Source: a virus (lineage: Duplodnaviria; Caudoviricetes). Taken from it: a stretch of DNA of 53,606 nt. A program made the translations under genes and the position numbers. Location of the stretch: positions 1 to 53,606 of the IMG/VR virus record IMGVR_UViG_3300017971_002684; one strand, written 5' to 3'. Shown in pieces: positions 20,101 through 29,453 of this stretch (position 1 is the first letter of the stretch; the number at the start of each line of letters is the position of its first letter). The notes under the pieces are model-generated. The model was not told the origin of the DNA, made no database searches, and worked only from the letters and a program-made list of their open reading frames with translations.

Positions 20101-20803
20101 CACCTCTTTTGAATTCCAGTCATCTCTTTTCAAACACAACATCTGTCATGCTTCTGGTTCAACCCTGGGGAACCTCTGGTTTGCGTACCTGGACAAGGCT
20201 GTGGTGGACAACAACTTGGTGGTGGGGAACCAAGTGACCCGCTCTTTGCAGGTTGTTGAGTACCTTCAAGACTCTTCCATCAGCCTCAACATGGTGCAGG
20301 CATGGACCAATCCTGCAAGCGGGATCTACCTGGAAACCAAATCAGACGGGAAAGTGCGGCTCATTGGCAACCATGTGATGGTAGAGCGGACGGGCGCGTC
20401 TGGTATCAAGGGGATCTATCTCTATGGGACTGCCACGGCGGGCGGTCATGTGGTAGCCAACAACCAGTGCTTTGGTCCAGGCCAGTCAGAGACGGGCTCC
20501 CGTGGTTTTGACCTTGCCAACATCCAAAGCAGTACCATTGTTGGGAACTATGAAGAGGACTTCCAGTCTGGCTACCATTGCCGTGACGCTGACAACTGTA
20601 TGGTGTCTGGCAACATGGCAAAGAACAATGATGACACTGTGGGCTACTATGTGTTTACAGACGCCACCCGTTGCCGTGGCGGCAGCTTGATCACAGGAGT
20701 CAGCGGTGTGCCGGCGGCTCCCACGGGCTTCTTTGGTGATCCGGGTCCGGGAGCCGGTGACGCCCGGAACAGCATCAGTCCATACAACATGTGGGCAACA
20801 TGA
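17147..20803 (+). CDS. Tailspike/tail protein with right-handed beta-helix (pectin-lyase-like) domain
   Basis: 1218 aa. 'GGRIHFRQGTY...VIFEGEGPDKTIL' beta-helix cap followed by many I.GN/N.. repeats. Confidence 0.75.
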   Translation: MAKRPNYVPTERVDLDDFLYSVADYPFNLQSDMNRAVLGAGVLEGFRVRVLEQSGANKGRIEISNGRALDWGGRFLNAETGTIAEQVVLSGVEQEFWVEVEILFIDADKDARALWDALIDNTAPLPDGQEVSVPRVPTRKIPTWRIKQPIRSNPADKRTESGYNPVGFSPSTEHLVRVACIRTNSSGHIVFGSPDDDEFGNAIVTRATAEGSSRKFIQAPGLGEPTQQDTSGFDLVYGYKHSDQRNMFFSPLLPPGPLGFSPPGDIAGSIYNGMWMRDMGSCLDHLMTQIGQIKDGAGPTDFGQYHDGLVQEFGPNLEYLTLKEVYDNSSSGSPFNVDPDQFIGCTIQVTSGHWAGFYAEIQNNERTALDGTTKLWLGRKSGIPEWRDGIAGNPTCRVVQHKQKNWLAPPTPDSANRGLNALDTEVVGARTDYWSNIGFTYLRNRLDAGKLATLTVAPEDTPDLTTGDPSTAGHPRADVFYDNANIRATVKAVAEDKGGRIHFRQGTYDFVDQEPATTVFELSGAEGVIFEGEGPDKTILKYINTSSPVETRTIFSLANCQDIIFKDMKFHSTGTPFQMTGCSRIFFINCEFEGDFVDADTPVVDLGSALFCLFDSCRFYVVGEGLSASSFGASMMRYCRFFQRTALSTQLKYAVDLGKVEFSHVEHNYFSGYSSEAGVQCENFTSSHFNNNIFASTVASGGDGQFYVWSRVEYSLIVNNTMRNDSSVADNQTFAAMKLNRVVYSKVEGLIITGVKGGVSITDSFTYSYMGNIRAALTPDALGITVGGTFENSVIDRCYLRHDGGTSARGIYLTGRVYNGFVVGNDIRGSASIGNAIEIASNDVNNAVIKGNIIDTVNGGIYINGATSGTSLFIHDNLVRNSSVAAFYFKFNTFMEHVSIVGNKAPGVSNLGMAFDVTGTNLGQFLISGNTIVATGRALEVLSTSGGYMIYSQITNNLFSSANYSPVAIGTTATSAVPTSTGAPGTSFEFQSSLFKHNICHASGSTLGNLWFAYLDKAVVDNNLVVGNQVTRSLQVVEYLQDSSISLNMVQAWTNPASGIYLETKSDGKVRLIGNHVMVERTGASGIKGIYLYGTATAGGHVVANNQCFGPGQSETGSRGFDLANIQSSTIVGNYEEDFQSGYHCRDADNCMVSGNMAKNNDDTVGYYVFTDATRCRGGSLITGVSGVPAAPTGFFGDPGPGAGDARNSISPYNMWAT

Positions 20804-20929
20804 TGAAAGTGTGCTACAACAAAGGAAACCTGCTGGTTTCATCCTAAACAGGTTTCTTGTCTTGGTTTCAGAATGCCCACCTACCTTGCCTTTGGTGGGC
20901 ATTCTCATTTGTTCTGTTGGAGTTCTGTC

Positions 20930-21553
20930 ATGAGTGACCAAAAGAGAATCATCACGGACACTTCCCAGTCCACCCCTTCTCCCTTCCAGAAAGATCCGCC
21001 TGGTGTCATTCAGGTGCGCTCCATTCAGGGGCACACCTACTTCCTTGGGTTGCGTGAGATTATCCCAGAGGATTTGATGTGGCGCAGGCAAAACTCCAGG
21101 GTTCCTGCGCTTGTGTGCTTGCAGAAGGACAATAGCTGTGACTGTCCCTATGGGTGCGTGAAAAAGATGAGTGCCCGGTGCATCTGGCTGTTCCGGCGGC
21201 GTCCCAAGCTGAAGCAGATCATGATCTGCATCAAGCGGGAGGAGTCAGAGTTGCAGCGCCCACTCCCACCTTTCCGGCACACAATGGGGATGGTCCGCCC
21301 GTACACAGTGGAGGACATGGAGAAGGGGATCAGCCGCTACAGGCATGAGCGCATGATGCGGGAGCAGTTTGAAGACCAGTTCCAGCGCAAGGTGCCACGC
21401 ATCTGGATTGTTCGCATCCCCTCCAACTTCACTGAACAGCCACAGCCCTACACCATTTTCAGGGGCAACTATGACGGGCTGTGTCAGGCACTCAAGCCAT
21501 CATACCCAGAGGACATTCTGGTGGACGTGAGCTACTGGTCTGGTTCTTTCTGA
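20930..21553 (+). CDS. Hypothetical protein
   Basis: ORF; GGAG precedes ATG 20930. Cys cluster C..CDCPYGC. Confidence 0.6.
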   Translation: MSDQKRIITDTSQSTPSPFQKDPPGVIQVRSIQGHTYFLGLREIIPEDLMWRRQNSRVPALVCLQKDNSCDCPYGCVKKMSARCIWLFRRRPKLKQIMICIKREESELQRPLPPFRHTMGMVRPYTVEDMEKGISRYRHERMMREQFEDQFQRKVPRIWIVRIPSNFTEQPQPYTIFRGNYDGLCQALKPSYPEDILVDVSYWSGSF

Positions 21554-21576
21554 AAAATTGCCCTTCTGTCTACTAA
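21552..21576 (+). promoter_or_regulatory. Box + half-site element
   Basis: GAAAAAT-N11-CTACTAA. Confidence 0.65.
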
Positions 21577-21613
21577 GTTACTCCAGACAACAAAACCAGC
21601 ACAGGAGGTGTGC

Positions 21614-22192
21614 ATGAGTGCAAAACTTGGAGGAAAAGCTGGGGACGGGCTCCCCCAGATTGGCGGAAAATCAGGAAAAACAACAATCCCCAGAGCGGCG
21701 CCACCGCCCGTGAAGATGACAGACAAGACCCGTCCTGCCACAGTGGACCCAGCCCAGCTTGTGAACATTGATGACATTCCGGCTCTGTTCAAGACCATTG
21801 AGCGCATGATGCGGGGGTTGCGTGACCTCAACGCAGAGATGTTGCTGAGGATGGGCTCTGGGGAAGAGGTGTGGCTGGTGCCAGCGTACACACAGGAGCC
21901 AGGGGAGGACGGGCGCAAGGAAATTTCTTTTGAGGATGCTGCCAAGATCACGGTGCTCTGTGCATCCTTTGGTGGGACAGTGGAGTCCTTGCGCTTTCTG
22001 AGCCCAGAGGAGCGTGTGACGCCCCCAGAGGAGCCAGAGCAGGATGATGACGCCTCCCCGCCTCCACCGCCCCTTCCTGGAGCCTCTGCGTCCTCTGTGA
22101 AGGTTTCTGTGGAGTGTGCAGACCCGGAAGACCCCCCAAAAGACGGACCAGAGAAGGTGGACACCAAGAACCAGGGATCGCTTTTTAGCTGA
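21614..22192 (+). CDS. Hypothetical protein with C-terminal QGSLF clamp-binding-like motif
   Basis: AGGAGG RBS; follows a GAAAAAT-box promoter. Confidence 0.7.
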   Translation: MSAKLGGKAGDGLPQIGGKSGKTTIPRAAPPPVKMTDKTRPATVDPAQLVNIDDIPALFKTIERMMRGLRDLNAEMLLRMGSGEEVWLVPAYTQEPGEDGRKEISFEDAAKITVLCASFGGTVESLRFLSPEERVTPPEEPEQDDDASPPPPPLPGASASSVKVSVECADPEDPPKDGPEKVDTKNQGSLFS

Positions 22193-22199
22193 GTCCTCT

Positions 22200-22234
22200 G
22201 AAAAATTGCCTTTGTTCGTATTAGGTTCTAATAG
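22200..22234 (+). promoter_or_regulatory. Box + palindrome element
   Basis: GAAAAAT-N11-GTATTAG-GTT-CTAATAG. Confidence 0.85.
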
Positions 22235-22256
22235 GCAAGGTAAAACGGAGGTGAAA

Positions 22257-23048
22257 ATGATTGAGCAACAACTACAGTTTTCAGAGCAAAGCGTCAAGAT
22301 GGCTTTGAGTTCCAAGAGGTTCCTGGCTGAGGCGTGTGTGGAGACGGTCCTGATGGAAGCTGACTTCCCCCACATTCTGGAGCAGGTGCGCGGGTGGGAT
22401 TTGACCCGGAAAAAGCGCACGATCATGAATGTGTTGAAGACCCACACTCCAGCAGAGTGTGTTGATTTCAGGGGCTTGCGGATGTTCTCCACCACAGAAT
22501 GGTGGATTGCCATTGTCAAGTTGACCCCCACGTTCAGCACAGGACTGCGGAAGGACCAGGACGTGTTCCTGCTTTTGCGCGGCTGGAACAACGTGCATGG
22601 CATTGCTGTGGACTGTCCGTCTTTTGGGACCAAGGACATGCTGCAAGAGGAGATGGCGGAGAAGATTGAGCCCAAGCGTGACAAGGGCTACAGGGTGATC
22701 TTTACGCTGGAGAACCTTGCTCTGGGGACGGGTGGTGTTGCTCTGCCCGCCATTCCTGGCCTTTCTGAACCAGTGCCGGACCCCACCCTTTCATCCGTTG
22801 AGGAACTGATGAAGTCTGTGGATGAGGATGAGGAGGAAGAGGTCACACTGCCGCCCAAGGCTTCCAAGAAAAAGCCCAAGGTCAAAAAGAAAAGCGCCTC
22901 CAAGAAAAAGAAGGATGAGGAGAAGGTGAAGGTGGATGAGACACCGCAGCCATCCCCAGAAGAGGCGGACACTGCCCAGGAAGAGATGGAGCGCAAGAAG
23001 CGCCTGCGGGAAAAGATGAAAAAGAAGAGGAAAGAAAGTGAGTGGTAA
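22257..23048 (+). CDS. Hypothetical protein with SEW C-terminal tag
   Basis: GGAGG RBS before ATG 22257; ends RLREKMKKKRKESEW. Confidence 0.75.
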   Translation: MIEQQLQFSEQSVKMALSSKRFLAEACVETVLMEADFPHILEQVRGWDLTRKKRTIMNVLKTHTPAECVDFRGLRMFSTTEWWIAIVKLTPTFSTGLRKDQDVFLLLRGWNNVHGIAVDCPSFGTKDMLQEEMAEKIEPKRDKGYRVIFTLENLALGTGGVALPAIPGLSEPVPDPTLSSVEELMKSVDEDEEEEVTLPPKASKKKPKVKKKSASKKKKDEEKVKVDETPQPSPEEADTAQEEMERKKRLREKMKKKRKESEW

Positions 23049-24618
23049 ACTGAAACTACACATCCGCCCAGAGCGGTCTTCCATTCTGGAGGGGCTCAAC
23101 GCCAAGGCTCACAGCATTGTGAAGACCCTCTGCCGGTTCCGCCCCAAAGGGTTCCGGTTCTCTGAGAAGTACAAGAGGGGGCTCTGGGACGGGTGGATCA
23201 ATCTGGCAAAGACCTATGGCGTCAACAAGACCTACTTCCCCACGGGGCTGGCTCCGCAGGTCTACCAACTTCTGGAGAATGAGGGAGTGCGCCCCCAAGT
23301 AGAGAACCTGCGCGTCAAGCCCTCTCCTTCCCGCAAGCCTTTGGTAGATGATCTGGATGGGATCACGTTGCGTGACTACCAGGAGGAACTGGTCCTGTCT
23401 ATCACGGAGCCCACCATGATGTCAGACGGGATCTTCTCCTCCGTGGGTCCGGACTACATTCACATTTTTGATGGAACGGGGAAGCCCACGCACTACCGCA
23501 ATCCAGGGATGGGGATTTGGGACTCTGCCACCGGCTCCGGCAAGACGGAAGCTGCCGCCATGTTGGTGGGAAGACTGGCTGTCCCTACCCTCTTTCTGGT
23601 CTATGGAAATGACCTTGTGACCCAGACAGCAGAGCGGTTCCGTGCCCGCCTTGGCACCTGGATGAGGGACCAGGGTGTCCGTGTTGGAGTGACCATTGAC
23701 GGCAACCTCAACACAGGGTTCATCACCGTGGCGTCCAGTGCAACGCTGGCGGCGCTGGTCAAAAACAATGACAAAAAGACATTAAACTGGCTCAAGACAA
23801 TCCAGTTGCTCATCCTGGATGAAGCCCACCAGGGCGCAGCAGACCGGGTTCAGAACGTGGCAGGCAAGTGTCCAGCCTACTACAGGATCGGGATGAGCGG
23901 GACGCCCCTGAGCCGCTCAGACGGGCAAGACCTGAAGATTGTAGGAGCCTTTGGAGATGTGACTGTGAAGATCACCAACGCCCAGATGCTTGAGAAAGAA
24001 GTGATCCCCCCTGCCAAAATCTACCTGTTTCCAGTCAAGGGGGACATCAAAGCCCCCCGTGGGACGCCCTGGGATCGCATCTATGAGGATGGGGTGGTCT
24101 ATCATTCCCCCCGGAACCTGCTTATCATCCGGCTGGTCCAGCGTGCCTATGCAGAGGGCAAGCGTGTGCTGGTCATCTTCAAGCGGCACGCCCACGGGGA
24201 ACTGCTCTCCCAGCTTCTTTGGTGTGAGGAAGACGTGCATGGTGAGCACACATTCATCCCCCATGAGGTGTTGCAGGGCACCCCCATCCAGCATGAGCGT
24301 GTGGACGGGCGTGATGCAGAAGACCACCGGCAGGATGCGATCAAGCAGTTCCGGGCGGGGATCTTCAAGGTCTTGTTGGCTTCAGAAATTTTCAACACCG
24401 GGCTGGATATCCCGGAGGTTGACGTGTTGATCAATGCGGCTGGCTCCAAAGAAGTGATCCCGGTCAAACAGAGGCTTGGCAGGGGGCTCCGTGGTGACAG
24501 CTTGGAAATGTATGATTTTGCAGACCTACAGCACAAAACCCTTGCCTCACATGCGCGGGAGCGGCTGCGTATCTATCAGGGGGAGTCCTGCTTTGAGGTT
24601 TTGCCAGGAGAGTTGTAG
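23038..24618 (+). CDS. Superfamily 2 DEAH-box helicase (UvsW/XPB-like)
   Basis: LRDYQ, ATGSGKT, DEAH, SGT, GLDIPEVD and QRLGRGLR motifs. Confidence 0.92.
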   Translation: MSGKLKLHIRPERSSILEGLNAKAHSIVKTLCRFRPKGFRFSEKYKRGLWDGWINLAKTYGVNKTYFPTGLAPQVYQLLENEGVRPQVENLRVKPSPSRKPLVDDLDGITLRDYQEELVLSITEPTMMSDGIFSSVGPDYIHIFDGTGKPTHYRNPGMGIWDSATGSGKTEAAAMLVGRLAVPTLFLVYGNDLVTQTAERFRARLGTWMRDQGVRVGVTIDGNLNTGFITVASSATLAALVKNNDKKTLNWLKTIQLLILDEAHQGAADRVQNVAGKCPAYYRIGMSGTPLSRSDGQDLKIVGAFGDVTVKITNAQMLEKEVIPPAKIYLFPVKGDIKAPRGTPWDRIYEDGVVYHSPRNLLIIRLVQRAYAEGKRVLVIFKRHAHGELLSQLLWCEEDVHGEHTFIPHEVLQGTPIQHERVDGRDAEDHRQDAIKQFRAGIFKVLLASEIFNTGLDIPEVDVLINAAGSKEVIPVKQRLGRGLRGDSLEMYDFADLQHKTLASHARERLRIYQGESCFEVLPGEL

Positions 24619-24620
24619 AG

Positions 24621-25847
24621 ATGACCAAAGAAGTAGAAGGACAGCCGTTGGAAATCACCGCCGGTGCCGCCATCCTTGGGGAGAATGAGGCGGAGTCAAA
24701 GGAACTGGCGATCAAATCTGCCGCCACCATCATCATGCTGGATGAGGGGTGCAACATGGAGGAGGCGCTGGTCAAGGCGCGGCAGCAGATCACCCCCCAG
24801 ATTACTCCTCAGCCACCTCCAGAGGAGCCCCCAGTCCCACAAAATGAGGAGGTGGAGGATGCTGTGCTGATTGAGGCGGAAGAGGAGTGGGAGGAAGAGG
24901 AGTGGGAGGAAGAGGAACTGGAAGAGGAGCGCCCCCCGGTGGAGGTCTACTCCCCTGATGAATGGCAGCAGACCAGCACCGGGCACATGGCTGGGGAGCC
25001 CCTGGAACAGGCGGAAGATGACGGGCTCATTCCTGCCCAGGTTGTGGAGGCGTACAGGCCAGATCCCAAGACCCCCACCTGGGGTGTGGGCAAGCACGGT
25101 GAAGCCATCATCCTCTTTGAGGGGTGTAGCTGGCACAAGAATGAGGACCAGTGGTATTGCAATGACCTGACAGTGCCAGAGGATGAGGTTCCGCCTGTTC
25201 TGGAGGAGTTATGGGGCACAACGTCAAAGCCCGCAGAGCACAAGCCTGGAGAGCCCTGGCTTGGACCCAGCACCACCAAAAGTTCCCGCATGACCATCCA
25301 CTTTGAGGGGGAGGAGTGGTTCTACTCAAAGAAGCACATGCAGTGGTTTAGGGACGGCAAAAAGGTGGAAACAACGGAGGTGCCTGGTGTTGTGCGGGGC
25401 TATTTGGGGGCAGTCCACAAGGAAGCCAGAGCCATCCACCGGGAGAGCCCACCACCGTCCACAATGGTAGAAGAGGGGGAGTTGGAACTGGCTGGAGGGC
25501 TCCTGGAGTATGAGAAGGAGATGATTGGCAGAGCGGTAGCAAAGCCGATCCTGCCGGACTGGGTTCTGCGGACAATGGCAGTGACCTGGAGCCGGTGTCT
25601 TTCCGCCATGCAGGAGCGTGGTGAGTGGCAGGGAGCCCTGGCAAAATCCTTTCAGGCGGAAGCCTACCCTGACGGCTCCCTGATGCTCTCTCCTTTTGCT
25701 ATGCCCTCTGGTGTGGTCATTGTCACAGATGAAGACATCCGCGCCCCTTCCCGTGCTGCGGTAGCCCCCACCCCCTACACTGAGCCTGCCGCAGCGTCCA
25801 CCCCCAGCCGTGGCAAGAAAAAGCGCCGCAAGCTGTCCCTGGACTAG
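24621..25847 (+). CDS. Hypothetical acidic protein
   Basis: 408 aa, RBS present. Two similar 'I.FEG..W.....QW' segments; basic C-terminus. Confidence 0.7.
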   Translation: MTKEVEGQPLEITAGAAILGENEAESKELAIKSAATIIMLDEGCNMEEALVKARQQITPQITPQPPPEEPPVPQNEEVEDAVLIEAEEEWEEEEWEEEELEEERPPVEVYSPDEWQQTSTGHMAGEPLEQAEDDGLIPAQVVEAYRPDPKTPTWGVGKHGEAIILFEGCSWHKNEDQWYCNDLTVPEDEVPPVLEELWGTTSKPAEHKPGEPWLGPSTTKSSRMTIHFEGEEWFYSKKHMQWFRDGKKVETTEVPGVVRGYLGAVHKEARAIHRESPPPSTMVEEGELELAGGLLEYEKEMIGRAVAKPILPDWVLRTMAVTWSRCLSAMQERGEWQGALAKSFQAEAYPDGSLMLSPFAMPSGVVIVTDEDIRAPSRAAVAPTPYTEPAAASTPSRGKKKRRKLSLD

Positions 25848-25881
25848 AAAAATTCTGTCTTTTCGTATTAGATTCTAATAG
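25847..25881 (+). promoter_or_regulatory. Box + palindrome element
   Basis: GAAAAAT-N11-GTATTAG-ATT-CTAATAG. Confidence 0.85.
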
Positions 25882-25908
25882 ACCACCCCAAGACACAGGA
25901 GGTGAACC

Positions 25909-26367
25909 ATGCCCACTGTAGACATGGTTTTTGTGTGGCAAGATACCCCCGGAAAGATCAATGTGATCGTGCCGGTTCCCAACTCCCCCATCTGGATGAC
26001 CTGGCTGGAGAGGCAGGACGCCTCTTTGCGCCGGTGGGTTGACCCCCCTGGCTACTGGGTCTTTGATGAGTCCCTGCAACCGTCCCTCAATGAGCGGTTC
26101 ATTGCTTCCGGGTGGTTTGTGAATCACGGTCCACCAATGGGATGGTCCACCGGACCAAGCAATCACCGTGTGTTGGGTCCACCCACACTTGTCCCGGACA
26201 ACTACAAGACCCTGCACCTGCTTCCCTCTGCTCCAGAGGAAGTTGTCAAGGCGGCATACAAGGCGCTGATGAGGCTGGGGCACTCTGACAAGACCAATGG
26301 CTCAGATGAGCGGGCAAAGGCTCTCAATGAGGCGCGTGACGCCATCTACAAGGAGCGTGGTTGGTGA
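25909..26367 (+). CDS. J-domain (DnaJ-like) protein with HSD in place of HPD
   Basis: C-terminal 'YKTLHL.PSA..EVVKAAYKALMRLGHSDK....ALNEA'; AGGAGG RBS. Confidence 0.75.
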   Translation: MPTVDMVFVWQDTPGKINVIVPVPNSPIWMTWLERQDASLRRWVDPPGYWVFDESLQPSLNERFIASGWFVNHGPPMGWSTGPSNHRVLGPPTLVPDNYKTLHLLPSAPEEVVKAAYKALMRLGHSDKTNGSDERAKALNEARDAIYKERGW

Positions 26368-27029
26368 AGTGGCCTGACAAGGATGTGGTGGTTCCACAGG
26401 AGCCTCCACCCAAGAGGGAAAAGAAAAAGCGGGGGCTGTCCGTACAGGAGAGAGAAGAGGTGGTCCAGAAGGTCTGCTCCCAAGCTGTGGCGCCGCCAGC
26501 CCAGAAGCACGCCCAGCCCAGACGGGCGGCAAAGCAGGTGGCTCAACTCTACTCCCAGAAGCACGCTCTCTACCACCGGCACCGGGCAACTTCCTGGCAA
26601 AGAGCCATTGAGAACCGTGGCGTGCTGGGGTGTTGTGCCAAGGTAGTGGCGCAGGCTGATGTTCTCCAGGTTGAGGTTGAGGACTATGTGGAAGCCCAGT
26701 TCTGGTGGTTTGACACCGCTTTTGGGCGGGCTCCCAGCTACAAGGAACTGGCTGGACCAAAGGCCACCTACAGGTGGAAAGCATGGCGCGTGGCGCGTGT
26801 GCATGGAGAGGCGCACCAGAAGACTGTTCATGTGGCAACCGGCGGCACGTTCAACCCCCAGGATACTTCTGTGGCAGATGAACTGGAAGCTGAGCTGAAG
26901 ACGCTGGAGCGGCTGGTGAGGCAGTGGGGCTCAGAGGAGGAGGTCTGGAGACTCATGGGGGACCAAGGTGTGTTCTCAGATGCGTTCATGCAGACCCGCC
27001 CGCTTTGGGTGAAAATGACTGAAAAATGA
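26364..27029 (+). CDS. Hypothetical protein
   Basis: GTGA overlap with the upstream stop; ~221 aa. Confidence 0.65.
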   Translation: MKWPDKDVVVPQEPPPKREKKKRGLSVQEREEVVQKVCSQAVAPPAQKHAQPRRAAKQVAQLYSQKHALYHRHRATSWQRAIENRGVLGCCAKVVAQADVLQVEVEDYVEAQFWWFDTAFGRAPSYKELAGPKATYRWKAWRVARVHGEAHQKTVHVATGGTFNPQDTSVADELEAELKTLERLVRQWGSEEEVWRLMGDQGVFSDAFMQTRPLWVKMTEK

Positions 27030-27322
27030 GGGAGGATGAGATGACCCCAGAACAGATGTTTGAGGCGGCTGATGCTGCCCGTGTTAAGCTGCAAGACGAA
27101 CTGGAAGACAAAGGAATTGACGCCTATGTGTTCCTGGAGTTGCAGGTCACACCCTATGGCTTGATCGTGGTGCCCAACTTTGATGCTCATGGGACCATGC
27201 AGCAAGCCGTTGGGTTGGTTCAACTTTTGGACCGGCAACTGACAAGTTTTTTAGGATCGGATCGCTTGTTTCAAGGGGTGATGGTGACAACCATGTTCAT
27301 TGAGAAGTGCCGGGAGGAGTAG
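27026..27322 (+). CDS. Hypothetical protein
   Basis: ATGA-coupled small ORF. Confidence 0.6.
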   Translation: MREDEMTPEQMFEAADAARVKLQDELEDKGIDAYVFLELQVTPYGLIVVPNFDAHGTMQQAVGLVQLLDRQLTSFLGSDRLFQGVMVTTMFIEKCREE

Positions 27323-27583
27323 TTGGGGAGGCATACCTTGACCCGGCTGGACCAAGCGGTCAACCACTTCATTGCCGTGTGCCAACAGCAGGGCTTTGGC
27401 TTCCTGGGGGACGGGAAGGGAGTGAGTGTTGGTGGCTACTACAGGAATGATGGTGGGAAGGAGATTTGGGTCTACATGGACCCACGCTGGAGCCCCCAAC
27501 AGCGGGATGATTTTGTGAGCTTTTTCATGCTTGAGGGCTTAGTGCTGGACTGGCAAGGGTTCCCCCTCAAGATTAAGAAATAG
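27323..27583 (+). CDS. Hypothetical protein
   Basis: Fills the gap between neighbours; start uncertain (TTG). Confidence 0.5.
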   Translation: MGRHTLTRLDQAVNHFIAVCQQQGFGFLGDGKGVSVGGYYRNDGGKEIWVYMDPRWSPQQRDDFVSFFMLEGLVLDWQGFPLKIKK

Positions 27584-27595
27584 GAGACAAGAGGC

Positions 27596-28231
27596 ATGGC
27601 AGAGGACCAAGACGGCAAGCGTGAGGCGCTGGGTGTGGATGACTGGGGCTGGACAAAACCCAAGATCAAGGTGCCCAACTACCGGGATCTGCAACTCTAT
27701 GGTGGTGAGGACAAGAATGTGGAGGTGGAGCCTGCTAAGAGTACAGAGCAGAAGATGGCAGCACAAATCCGGGTGTTGCAGCACAACAACACGCGCCTGG
27801 AGGCGCGTGTGGCAGAACTGGAGCAGATGCTCTATGGCAAGCCTGCCCGGTCTATCATCCAGCCAAGAGTGACCGGCTTTGGCAAGACGCATGACCTGTG
27901 GGAAGGTGATGGGGTGGTGGTGGCTTTGCCTCCAGAGGGCACACCAGAAGACAGCACCGTTGCCATGAGCAGGCAGGTTGGGCTTTGGGCGTCCCGTCAA
28001 AGATTCTCTGTTCTGGTTGGGGTGGCGTCTAAAGGTGAGGAGCACAGCAAGGTGGAAATGCCCCTGGTGCCTGGTGTTGTGCAGGAGTGGTGGGCTCATG
28101 AACACAAGCGGGGCGTTGCTGTCTACAAAAGCCCTGCTTTTTCAACTGTAGAGGAGTATGACAAAGAAGACTCCTTCCGCAGTGAAGTGCTGGGGCGTCC
28201 ATACTTTGAAGATGAGGAGGACACATCATGA
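27596..28231 (+). CDS. Hypothetical protein with coiled coil
   Basis: 211 aa, GAGG RBS. Confidence 0.65.
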   Translation: MAEDQDGKREALGVDDWGWTKPKIKVPNYRDLQLYGGEDKNVEVEPAKSTEQKMAAQIRVLQHNNTRLEARVAELEQMLYGKPARSIIQPRVTGFGKTHDLWEGDGVVVALPPEGTPEDSTVAMSRQVGLWASRQRFSVLVGVASKGEEHSKVEMPLVPGVVQEWWAHEHKRGVAVYKSPAFSTVEEYDKEDSFRSEVLGRPYFEDEEDTS

Positions 28232-28818
28232 TCTGGGTCTACATCAACTGGTGGCTGGTTCTGGCGCTGTTTGTGCCGTTCTGGCTTTTGCAGAACATCA
28301 TCCATGAAATATCCCACGGGCTGGTGGTGTTCAGCCGGGGCTGGGGGTTCCAAATCTACCCGGTGTTTCACTGGGCACACAGGGACAATGGGCGGGCACG
28401 CTACTTCTGGAACCCTCCCCCGCGTCAGCAACGCAAGGTGGGGGAGTGGCAGTGGTATTTTGCCCGTGTGGTCTACAAGCAGGATGAGGGGGCAAAAGAC
28501 ATCACTCCCAAGGGCTGGCTTTTGGTTGCCCTGGCTCCGCGCATCACCAACACCATGTTGATGGTAGCCATGTTTGTGGACCACCAGATGACCCGCCCAG
28601 ACTCCTCCCTCCAGACCATCTATGCACTTTGTGGAGCCTGCCAGTTGGTAGATGGTCTTGCTGGTATCCTCTCCATTTTCTGCTGGTGGGAAGACCGCAA
28701 ACACACAGACATTTGGCACATCTATGAGCGGAGTGGGCTCTCCAGGCGCACCATTCAGATCCTTGCTGCCGGGTGGTTTCTTTTGATGGCTGTGATTTTT
28801 TGCGCCCCTCTCTACTAG
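28228..28818 (+). CDS. Membrane protein with HExxH motif (M50-like zinc peptidase candidate)
   Basis: Hydrophobic segments, IIHEISHG, 'VALAP' and a downstream 'TD'. Confidence 0.6.
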   Translation: MIWVYINWWLVLALFVPFWLLQNIIHEISHGLVVFSRGWGFQIYPVFHWAHRDNGRARYFWNPPPRQQRKVGEWQWYFARVVYKQDEGAKDITPKGWLLVALAPRITNTMLMVAMFVDHQMTRPDSSLQTIYALCGACQLVDGLAGILSIFCWWEDRKHTDIWHIYERSGLSRRTIQILAAGWFLLMAVIFCAPLY

Positions 28819-28838
28819 CTTCTGTCAGGAGGCTACGC

Positions 28839-29243
28839 ATGAACTACATAGAAATGATGGAGTATCTGGTGGAGGTGATGGGGCAGGCGGCAGCGCAGGC
28901 CACCGTCACCCTACCTCATTTTTGCCTGAAGGGTATTCTGGGGGCGCTCCGGGCCGACTGCCAGGAGTCTGCCCTGATTCTGGAGAATCTGCCGGAGGAC
29001 AAGCTGCGTGAGTTGATCCTGGACAATGATGAGCGCAACAAGGTGCTGACTCCCTTTTTCACAATGGTCTTTTTTGTCCGGACGTTGATGGACCTGAAGC
29101 TGGTGAAGGATGACGGGATGACGTGGTTTGCCAAGATTGTGTTCCAGATTCAGCCGCTCTTGGTGATGGCAACCCAGATGATGGCGGAAGGGATTTTGAC
29201 GGAGCCCCTCTGGGAGTACCAGACAAAGGAGTTTGAAGCATGA
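28839..29243 (+). CDS. Hypothetical protein
   Basis: AGGAGG RBS before ATG 28839. Confidence 0.65.
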   Translation: MNYIEMMEYLVEVMGQAAAQATVTLPHFCLKGILGALRADCQESALILENLPEDKLRELILDNDERNKVLTPFFTMVFFVRTLMDLKLVKDDGMTWFAKIVFQIQPLLVMATQMMAEGILTEPLWEYQTKEFEA

Positions 29244-29431
29244 CGGTTCCTGTCAGGTTGGTAGCCCTGCTCAAGCAGATAGGCGGTGGGCAGGTCAAAC
29301 GTCCCAACAGTTTGGAGGAGTTAATCCAGGAGGCACGTCAACGGGGTTTTGATGACGTTGCCAACTGGTTGGAAGCCAACCCAGCTCAGTTTGAGTTTTG
29401 GATGGCTGCGATTGCAACCGCCCCCAAGTAG
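29240..29431 (+). CDS. Small hypothetical protein
   Basis: ATGA-coupled 63-aa ORF. Confidence 0.55.
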   Translation: MTVPVRLVALLKQIGGGQVKRPNSLEELIQEARQRGFDDVANWLEANPAQFEFWMAAIATAPK

Positions 29432-29453
29432 GGGGCAGAGGAGTCTTTTTACT

